Part shown: in pieces, positions 15,739 to 21,655 of the stretch
Position numbering within the stretch: the stretch's first letter is position 1
How the letters are laid out: each line of letters begins with the position of its first letter
From: Candidatus Methanophagaceae archaeon
GTDB lineage: Archaea > Halobacteriota > Syntropharchaeia > Alkanophagales > Methanospirareceae
DNA length: 32,000 bases
Direction of reading: 5' to 3'
Assembly (NCBI GenBank): GCA_003194425.1
Contig: PQXB01000001.1
Coordinates: 340,444 to 372,443 of the forward strand
Notes under the pieces: generated by a model
Seen by the model: the letters and a program-made list of their open reading frames with translations, nothing else
Told to the model about the DNA's origin: nothing
The model's database searches: none
Made by a program: the position numbers and the translations under genes

Positions 15739-15746
15739 TTTATATA
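15739..15746 (+). promoter_or_regulatory. candidate TATA box TTTATATA for atpK, with a GAGGTGA SD-like motif at 15780-15786
   Basis: An AT-rich octamer lies 51-58 nt upstream of ATG 15797, and GAGGTGA lies 10 nt upstream of the ATG. This geometry fits an archaeal promoter plus a short leader. Not tested. Confidence 0.45.
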
Positions 15747-15796
15747 CGACAAAAACAGAGACAACACAAAAACAAAAAAGAGGTGAAGAAAGAGAA

Positions 15797-16135
15797 ATGA
15801 GGAAGGTGAAATACGGGTTTGCATTTACGCTCTGCCTGCTCCTGTTCTTTGTGGGGGTAGGAGTAGCGTCAGCGGCGGCAGCAGAAGACGGAGAAGCGGG
15901 CGGCGGCGTTAGAGACGGAGGTTGGATCGCGATGGCAGCGGGAATTGCAATGGCTGGCGGGGCACTCGGTGCAGGAATTGCAGTCTCTGGAGCGGGGACA
16001 GCAGCCGTCGGAGCCACCGCGGAGAAGCCAGAATCGTTCGGTCGTGTCCTGATCTTCGTCGCTCTTGCTGAGGCGATTGCAATCTACGGGCTCTTGATCG
16101 CTTTTATGCTCTTGACAAAGATAAGCGAGGTATAG
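15797..16135 (+). CDS. atpK: A/V-type ATP synthase proteolipid (subunit K / c), single hairpin with N-terminal leader
   Basis: Two Gly/Ala-rich helices are present. The second carries the ion-binding Glu in FVALAEAIAIYGLLIAFMLL, preceded by AEKPESFGRVLIF. This is the classical A/V-type c-subunit signature. Confidence 0.85.
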   Translation: MRKVKYGFAFTLCLLLFFVGVGVASAAAAEDGEAGGGVRDGGWIAMAAGIAMAGGALGAGIAVSGAGTAAVGATAEKPESFGRVLIFVALAEAIAIYGLLIAFMLLTKISEV

Positions 16136-16169
16136 AGCAAAGCTAGAGGAGAAGAACGCGTAGAGCGAA

Positions 16170-16412
16170 ATGCAAAATAGGAACAGTAAAGGACGAATGG
16201 AGAAGGGTGGTTGGATTCTTTTTCACGCCCTTCCCTACGCTTTTTTTATCTCTTCTTTTACAATCGGCGGTTTGTTCGGCGGTTTCGCACTCGGTAAAGA
16301 ATTAGGAGGCAGCAGTGCAGCCGGCTTCGCCTTTGCTCTACCTCTCTGCTTTCTCGGCTTCTTCGTCGGACTGTTTTTTTCTTGCTTCCTCTTGAAAGTG
16401 AGAATTTTTTAA
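16170..16412 (+). CDS. small two-TM membrane protein (80 aa); weak resemblance to AtpZ/AtpI-type ATP-synthase accessory proteins
   Basis: From the ORF track. Two hydrophobic helices are separated by GKELGGSS. Position directly after atpK is the only functional hint. The start is uncertain (ATG 16170 or 16197). Confidence 0.4.
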   Translation: MQNRNSKGRMEKGGWILFHALPYAFFISSFTIGGLFGGFALGKELGGSSAAGFAFALPLCFLGFFVGLFFSCFLLKVRIF

Positions 16413-16469
16413 GAAAAACTTTTCTTTTGAAAAGAAATTTAGTAAAGAAACAACCGCGAAGCATTTTGA

Positions 16470-17990
16470 TCAGACTTTTTTAAAGTTTGTTGAAAAACCT
16501 TTTCCTAAAAGTTTTTTATCTAGTGCTGCTACGAACTTCTCTTCAGACCCCGCGGGAACGGTCGCTCCGGCTGCGACTGGGTGTCCGCCGCCAAAGCCGC
16601 CTACTTCTCTCGACGCCTTTTCCAGCGCTTCTGCGAGGTCTAGTCCGCCACTCTTGAAGAGCCTGCTGCTGCACCTCGCGGAGATTTTCGTCTCTGCGCT
16701 CTTGCTCGTCGTGTTCAGCGCGACTACAGGCTTCTTGGTGCGTAAATATTCTGCCACGATTCCTGCTAAAACGCCCGTTACTCCGCTTTCCTGCACAAAA
16801 AAATAGAAAATATTTGGCAGTTCTTTTACGACGTCCGCTCCTCCGCTCCCTCCTTCTTCTTTGTTTATTCGGTTCAGTTCAGAGACGAGTTTGTTCTGAA
16901 ACTTCGTGTGCAGCGAGGTCGCCTCTTCTACCGCCGACTCCTCGCGCAGGCACAGCCCAATTCCAACGCCCGCCTTTCCAAACCGACCGCAAGCGTCCAC
17001 GAGCCGCATAAAATCCGTCCCGTCCCGCACTACCTCAAAATTGAAAACATAAACTGCTCCAACCAATTCCTGCGAGAGCGCCGACAAAGACGACAGAGCC
17101 GCAGTCAGTCGCTCCACCTCTTCAGCCGTTAAATCGCTCAATTTCTTCTCGCCCTCAACCCCTCCCGCGCCGACCTTCTTCAAGAACGCGTCCACCCTTT
17201 CCGGCTTGCCCGCGAGCGGAAGGTAGGGGTCAGTAGCGAAGAGAAGCAGGTCGCGAATTTTTCCGCCGCCGAGTCTCAACCCCCGCTTAACAGAAACAAC
17301 GCCTTCTCTCACCGCCTCGTCCAAAATCTCCTTGTTTAGCCCGCTACTCAAGTCCTGCTTGTCCCCCAACGAGCCTGCTACTGCGAGCCCCGCGAGGTCG
17401 CAGTTCCCCCGCTCGTTTTCCGAGAGGCACCTTGCTACGAGGTAAGAGAGACCTGCGGCGCAGACCTCGCCGCCTTCTCTTCCTTCCGCGGAGAGGCAGG
17501 GATTTACGAGGACCAACGATGAAGAGGGAGGAGGAGAAGAAGAGGAAGAAGAGGAAGAAGAGGAAGAAGAGGAAGAAGAGGGAGGAGAAGAAGAAGAGGA
17601 AGAAGAGGGAGGAGAAGAAGAGGGGGGGGGAGGAAAGTTTGAAGAAAAGGTAGAGGGTGGGGTGTGGTGGTCGAGAATTACGACATCCGTCTCTTTGAGG
17701 TGCTCCAAAATCAAATCCAACTGCCCTGTTCCCATATCGCAGAAAATAACAAGCTCCTCCTCGCCCTCGCGCAACTCCTGAACAAAATCCCGCTCCAACT
17801 TGCTTACAATCGTGGCGTGGAACTGAATTCCCGCTCGAAGCAGGGCGTTGCAGAGAATGCCCGCGGAAGTAATTCCGTCCGCGTCGTAATGCGAAACCAC
17901 TCTTGCGTAGTTGTGCTTTTTTATCTTTTCCGCCGCTTTCTGCACTGCCTTTTGGACTGCCTCTTGCATAATTTTCAAAAAGAATTTCAT
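16470..17990 (-). CDS. DHH/DHHA1-family RecJ-like phosphoesterase/exonuclease (archaeal RecJ/GAN-type)
   Basis: Motifs VVSHYDADGITSAG, FCDMG, VVILDHHTP, and C-terminal GGGHPVAAGA (DHHA1). Contains a 39-residue Ser/Pro insert encoded by a pure polypyrimidine (coding strand) tract. Confidence 0.85.
   Translation of the reverse strand: MKFFLKIMQEAVQKAVQKAAEKIKKHNYARVVSHYDADGITSAGILCNALLRAGIQFHATIVSKLERDFVQELREGEEELVIFCDMGTGQLDLILEHLKETDVVILDHHTPPSTFSSNFPPPPSSSPPSSSSSSSPPSSSSSSSSSSSSSSSPPPSSSLVLVNPCLSAEGREGGEVCAAGLSYLVARCLSENERGNCDLAGLAVAGSLGDKQDLSSGLNKEILDEAVREGVVSVKRGLRLGGGKIRDLLLFATDPYLPLAGKPERVDAFLKKVGAGGVEGEKKLSDLTAEEVERLTAALSSLSALSQELVGAVYVFNFEVVRDGTDFMRLVDACGRFGKAGVGIGLCLREESAVEEATSLHTKFQNKLVSELNRINKEEGGSGGADVVKELPNIFYFFVQESGVTGVLAGIVAEYLRTKKPVVALNTTSKSAETKISARCSSRLFKSGGLDLAEALEKASREVGGFGGGHPVAAGATVPAGSEEKFVAALDKKLLGKGFSTNFKKV
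17521..17637. repeat. 117-nt uninterrupted polypurine (+ strand) / polypyrimidine tract built from GAAGAG/GAGGAA-type units
   Basis: Read directly: there is no C or T between 17521 and 17637. It encodes PPPPSSSPPSSSSSSSPPSSSSSSSSSSSSSSSPPPSSS on the minus strand. Confidence 0.95.
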
Positions 17991-18023
17991 TAGTAAAGTT
18001 TTCTTTAAAGAAAGTTCGGTGTA

Positions 18024-18143
18024 GGGCGTGTGGCCTAGCTAGGAAATGGCGGCAGCCTCCTAACAAACAGTTTAGGCAAAAAGGGAAAGATTGTTAAAAA
18101 GGGAGAGAGCTGCAAATCACGGGTTCAAATCCCGTCACGCCCG
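18024..18143 (+). tRNA. tRNA-Arg (anticodon CCU) with a 45-nt intron at the canonical 37/38 position (intron 18063-18107)
   Basis: Folded by hand. Acceptor GGGCGTG/CACGCCC plus discriminator G. D arm GCC...GGC with GG in the loop. Anticodon stem GCAGC/GCTGC and loop CTCCTA|A. T arm ACGGG-TTCAAAT-CCCGT. CTCC (18057-18060) can pair with GGAG (18102-18105), flanked by 3-nt bulges TAA and AGA, which is a bulge-helix-bulge-like splice motif. Confidence 0.85.
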
Positions 18144-18515
18144 TCTCCTTACCCGTCCCCTTACCCTTTCTCGTTCCCGTTCCACCGCCCAATTCTCAAT
18201 CGTCTCGCGGTCTACTACAATAACATCCCGTATTGAATTCACCGCCTCAAAGGGTATAAAAATGCAATCTCCCTCCTTCCGAAACCCGCTTGTCTCAAGT
18301 TTGGCAGTAGGCTTAACAACGAGCTCCGTCAATATTCCCGTCCCCGCGTCGGCTACGATATTTTGTAAAACGCCCATTTCGCTGCCCTCTGAATCCATAA
18401 TTTTTTTATGTTTTAACTTCTGCGCCGATATTTTCTCCATTCCCCGCTCCCTCCTTCCCCTCCTTTGCTTTCTCCTTTTCTCTATCTTCTCTGCCGCCCT
18501 ATAAAAGTTTTTCAT
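18135..18515 (-). CDS. PRC-barrel domain protein
   Basis: The core MGVLQNIVADAGTGILTELVVKP...CIFIPFEAVNSIRDVIVVD fits the PRC-barrel pattern. The track ORF (to 18656) overlaps nadK and is too long. Candidate starts are ATG 18515 (1 nt after the nadK stop) or ATG 18440 (preceded by GGAGGG at 8-nt spacing). The 3' end overlaps tRNA-Arg by 9 nt on the opposite strand. Confidence 0.6.
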   Translation of the reverse strand: MKNFYRAAEKIEKRRKQRRGRRERGMEKISAQKLKHKKIMDSEGSEMGVLQNIVADAGTGILTELVVKPTAKLETSGFRKEGDCIFIPFEAVNSIRDVIVVDRETIENWAVERERERVRGRVRRRA

Positions 18516-18516
18516 C

Positions 18517-19464
18517 TCACTTCTCGTCCTCAATCCGCAGTTTGTCGTGCAGCCGCAAGAAATGCTTGTCCCGAATTTTGACAAAAAAAGCAGGCTCGCC
18601 CCTCGTAATGCTAATTCGGTCTTCTCGCCCGATTTTCCTGTAAAACTGCCCGTCAACTACTAACTCCGCCTCTTTCGCCCCCAAGAGCTCTAAATTTATC
18701 GTTGTGTCAATGTTAACGACGGTGGGTCGTGCGGAGAGTTTGAAAGGTGCGATTGGCACGATTATTGCGGCGTTCAGTTTAGGATCTACGATCGGCCCGC
18801 CCGCGGACATCGCGTACGCAGTGCTACCAGTCGGGGTCGCAAAGACAACGCCGTCCGCCCGTAACTGCTCTAACTCGTCGCCGTCCACCGAGATAGAAAA
18901 ATGCAGCATCTTCCCAGGCTTTGAAGTTACTACCACCGCCTCGTTCATCGCGTACGGCACCTTCTCCCCCTTTCCTGCTCCTACCCTTCCCCCTCCTGCT
19001 CCTGCCCCTGCTCCTGCTCCTGCCCCCGCTGCCGACTCTGCCACCGAGACAGAAAGTCGCTCCCGCCGCTCCACTTCGAACCCGCGGTCCAACAGACCCG
19101 AAAGTGTAGAAACAGCGTCTTCTGGCTGCACCGCGGCTAAAAACCCGAGAGCGCCCATATTTACGCCCAAGACCGGCGTGCTGCCCTTCAAATAATGAAG
19201 CGTCCTCAAAATCGTACCGTCGCCGCCAACGCAGACCAAAAAATCCACCGACATTTCGCCGATTTTCGTGCCTTGCCCTTGCTTCTTCTCTTGCTTCTTA
19301 AGTCCTGGTGCCCTACCCCTGCGTGCCGTCTCCTCGTCCAGCACCACCTCAACTCGCTCTCCTCCCACACGCTCAACACACTCAATCAGCCGGCTTAAGA
19401 CCAAATCATCCCCGGGCTTACCACGACAGACCATTCCAATCCGCTTCGGCAGAATTAAAACCAT
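18517..19464 (-). CDS. nadK: NAD kinase
   Basis: The GGDGT motif (VCVGGDGTILRT), NEAVV, and DGVVFATPTGSTAYAMSAGGPIV are typical of NadK/PpnK. Contains an in-frame (AG)n insert. Confidence 0.9.
   Translation of the reverse strand: MVLILPKRIGMVCRGKPGDDLVLSRLIECVERVGGERVEVVLDEETARRGRAPGLKKQEKKQGQGTKIGEMSVDFLVCVGGDGTILRTLHYLKGSTPVLGVNMGALGFLAAVQPEDAVSTLSGLLDRGFEVERRERLSVSVAESAAGAGAGAGAGAGGGRVGAGKGEKVPYAMNEAVVVTSKPGKMLHFSISVDGDELEQLRADGVVFATPTGSTAYAMSAGGPIVDPKLNAAIIVPIAPFKLSARPTVVNIDTTINLELLGAKEAELVVDGQFYRKIGREDRISITRGEPAFFVKIRDKHFLRLHDKLRIEDEK
18995..19030. repeat. 6-nt unit CCTGC(T/C) x6 in frame in nadK (encodes AGAGAGAGAGAG on the minus strand)
   Basis: Read directly. Confidence 0.9.
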
Positions 19465-19474
19465 TCGTCACAAA

Positions 19475-19894
19475 TCACAAATCCAAGCCGCAAAGTTGCG
19501 AAATCGCCTCTACTAAATCTCCTTTTGCCTCTGTCAGCGCGGCTCTCGCCTCCTCCTCGCTGCACCCCACCTTCTCCTTCACGATTTCCACATCCTCAGG
19601 AAGAATTCGCAACTCAGGCTCAGGTTCCGCCACCCCCTCTCCAACAACCTCCGTTTCAGCAGCCGATTTCGTCTTAGGGCGTTCTACAGGCGTGCCGGTT
19701 ATTTGGTACATCTTCGAGCCTGGCGTTTTCATAATCGTAACGCTCGCGTCCTTGAAAACGAGTTCTGCGTCCGCCATTTTTATCACTACCTCCTCTACGC
19801 CCTCCAACTCTTCTACATTTATCCCCACCTGCTTCATCATTTGGTCCAACTTCTTAGGACCGATTCCCACCCCTTTTCTGAATCCGCCTCGCAT
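19475..19894 (-). CDS. nac: nascent polypeptide-associated complex protein (archaeal NAC)
   Basis: NAC domain (MMKQVGINVEELEGVEEVVIKMADAELVFKDASVTIMKTPGSKMYQITG) plus a C-terminal UBA-like segment (EDVEIVKEKVGCSEEEARAALTEAKGDLVEAI). Confidence 0.9.
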   Translation of the reverse strand: MRGGFRKGVGIGPKKLDQMMKQVGINVEELEGVEEVVIKMADAELVFKDASVTIMKTPGSKMYQITGTPVERPKTKSAAETEVVGEGVAEPEPELRILPEDVEIVKEKVGCSEEEARAALTEAKGDLVEAISQLCGLDL

Positions 19895-19904
19895 TTTCCT
19901 TCCC

Positions 19905-19950
19905 CTTGTAATTTCTAAATTCTAAACCTTCTAATTTCTAAATTCTAAAC
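19905..19950. repeat. 23-nt unit CTT(G/C)TAATTTCTAAATTCTAAAC x2 in the nac / tRNA-Val divergent spacer
   Basis: Read directly (19905-19927, 19928-19950; one mismatch). Followed by TATA-like AATATTTAAAG (19951-19961). Confidence 0.9.
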
Positions 19951-19998
19951 AATATTTAAAGTAAAAACATTTAATTTAGAGAAGAGGGAGCAAAGAAG

Positions 19999-20071
19999 GG
20001 GCTCGTGGTCTAGTTGGAATGACATCGCCTTTACGAGGCGAAGGTCATGCGTTCGAATCGCATCGAGCCCA
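19999..20071 (+). tRNA. tRNA-Val (anticodon UAC)
   Basis: Folded by hand. Acceptor GGGCTCG/CGAGCCC plus discriminator A. D arm GTC-TAGTTGGAAT-GAC. Anticodon stem TCGCC/GGCGA with loop TTTACGA. T arm ATGCG-TTCGAAT-CGCAT. Followed by TTTTT. Confidence 0.92.
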
Positions 20072-20086
20072 TTTTTAGCAGTTAAA

Positions 20087-21634
20087 ATGAGAAGGGTAAT
20101 GACCGTCGGGGGTTCGGACTGCAGTGGCGGGGCGGGTGTTCAAGCCGACATAAAAACATTCTCCGCACTCGGCGTTCTCGGAACCTCGGTGCTCACCGCC
20201 GTCACCGCACAAAACTCGCACGGCGTGCAGGCGAAGCGAGAAGTGCCGGTCGAACTCGTGGAGGCACAATTTGAAGCCATTTTGAGCGAGAAGAGCGACA
20301 AGGGCTTTGCCGCAACGGTGGACTACGCGAAGACCGGAATGCTCTCCTCCTCTGCAGTGGTAGAAGCGGTGGCGAGAGGGCTTAAAGGCAAAACCAAGAG
20401 TAAGCGGTCTAAAATCCCGTTCGTGCTCGACCCTGTCTTGAGGGCGGGTTCAGCGGGTTCAGCGGGTTCAGCGGGTTCAGCGGGTTTAGGAGGGTCAGGT
20501 GGAGGCGGGGTTCTTTTGGAAGACGAGGCTTTAGAGACGCTTGTTTCGGTTCTTCTGCCGATTTGCGAGGTTGTAACGCCGAATGTTCCCGAAGCCTGCG
20601 TTCTTTCGGGCTTGGAGATAAAAAACAAAGAGGACGCAAAAGAGGCGGCACTAGAAATACACAAAATGGGCGCTCCTGCAGTAATTCTAAAAGGCGGGCA
20701 TTTAGAGCAGGAAACCGCAGCCGGGCGAGCGACAGACATAATCTACGGCGAGGAGTTCGGTTTCGAAGAAATGAGTTTGAGCCTGCTAAAAACTGGGAAA
20801 AGGAGGGTAGTGCACGGTGCGGGCTGCTCCTTCTCCGCTGCTCTTGCTGCCGAACTTGCGAAGGGCAGGGGCTTGCGAGACGCTGCTCGGTCTGCGAAGA
20901 GGTTCGTGCATTCTGCCATTTCTGTGGGCGTTCGTGTTGGGTCTTTTGTAGTGCTGGATCAGACCTGCGGGCTGCGGCGAGACGCGGACAGGTATTTCGT
21001 GCTGCAGAATGTAAAAGAGGCAGTCAGGCGGCTGAAGAACACGCCGAACTTTAAGAATTTTATTCCTGAGGTTGGAACGAACATTGGAATGGCTGTGGCG
21101 GGTGCGGAGAGCGAGTCCGAAGTCGCAGCGGTGGACGGCAGGCTAACTCCTACGAAAAGAGACGGAATTCGGGGCGGCGTAGGGGCAGGGGTAGGAGCAG
21201 GAGGAGTAGGGGAAGGAGGTGTGGAGTTTGGCGTGAGCGGGCACGTTGCGAGGCTGATTTTGGCGGGGCTGAAGCACGACGAGGAGAAGAGAAGCGCGAT
21301 TAACATAAAATACTCTGCGGAAATCGTAGAGGCGTGCAAAGACCTGGGAATGCGTGTCTTCACATTTGAGAGAGCGAAAGAGCCGACTGCGGCAGAGGGG
21401 AAGACGATGAACTGGGCGGTAAGAGAAGCGAGTAGAGAAGCGAGTAGAGAAGCGAGTAGAGAAGCGAGCAGAGAAGCGAGCAGAGAAGCAGGCGAGGAGG
21501 AGTTCTCACCAGATGTGATTTACGACCTCGGGGCTGTGGGTAAGGAGCCGATGGTTAGGATTTTTGGCAGGACCGCGGTAGAGGTGGCGGAGAAGGTGAA
21601 GAGGCTCGTTGAAAAGTTTTATCAAAAATTTTAA
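20087..21634 (+). CDS. thiDN: bifunctional ThiD (hydroxymethylpyrimidine/phosphomethylpyrimidine kinase) / ThiN (thiamine-phosphate synthase) protein
   Basis: ThiD N-terminal blocks are VMTVGGSDCSGGAGVQADIKTFSALGV, VDYAKTGML, VLDPV, VVTPN, VILKGGH and HGAGCSFSAALAAELAKG. The ThiN-like C-terminal domain includes IPEVGTNIGMAV and VDGRL. Three in-frame repeat inserts are present. Confidence 0.88.
   Translation: MRRVMTVGGSDCSGGAGVQADIKTFSALGVLGTSVLTAVTAQNSHGVQAKREVPVELVEAQFEAILSEKSDKGFAATVDYAKTGMLSSSAVVEAVARGLKGKTKSKRSKIPFVLDPVLRAGSAGSAGSAGSAGLGGSGGGGVLLEDEALETLVSVLLPICEVVTPNVPEACVLSGLEIKNKEDAKEAALEIHKMGAPAVILKGGHLEQETAAGRATDIIYGEEFGFEEMSLSLLKTGKRRVVHGAGCSFSAALAAELAKGRGLRDAARSAKRFVHSAISVGVRVGSFVVLDQTCGLRRDADRYFVLQNVKEAVRRLKNTPNFKNFIPEVGTNIGMAVAGAESESEVAAVDGRLTPTKRDGIRGGVGAGVGAGGVGEGGVEFGVSGHVARLILAGLKHDEEKRSAINIKYSAEIVEACKDLGMRVFTFERAKEPTAAEGKTMNWAVREASREASREASREASREASREAGEEEFSPDVIYDLGAVGKEPMVRIFGRTAVEVAEKVKRLVEKFYQKF
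20444..20488. repeat. 9-nt unit GCGGGTTCA x4 perfect plus one variant, in frame in thiDN (SAG repeats)
   Basis: Read directly. Confidence 0.95.
21422..21493. repeat. 12-nt unit AGAGAAGCGAG(T/C) x5 plus a partial copy, in frame in thiDN (REAS repeats)
   Basis: Read directly. Confidence 0.95.
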
Positions 21635-21655
21635 TAATAAAAGTTTTATCAAAAA
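21612..21655. repeat. 17-nt AAAAGTTTTATCAAAAA x2 (21612-21628 and 21639-21655), 10-nt spacer, bracketing the thiDN stop
   Basis: Read directly. Copy 1 encodes the last residues (EKFYQKF) of ThiDN. Copy 2 abuts the ATG of the next gene. Confidence 0.95.

Noticed and set aside
16419-16434. Hairpin CTTTTC-TTTT-GAAAAG between the convergent 16170-16412 and recJ-like genes, considered as a terminator
   Set aside because: The stem is only 6 bp and almost entirely A/U, with competing alternative pairings in the same A/T-rich palindrome. Archaeal termination mainly needs T-runs, which are present anyway (16405-16410). Too weak to annotate as a feature.
17344-18066. 240-aa minus-strand ORF crossing the recJ-like gene 5' half and the tRNA-Arg gene
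   Set aside because: Out of frame with the motif-bearing DHH protein. It runs through the polypurine tract (giving FFLFF repeats) and across a tRNA, so it is not credible.
18091-18504. 137-aa plus-strand ORF
   Set aside because: Antisense to the PRC-barrel gene and starting inside the tRNA-Arg intron/3' exon. No motifs.
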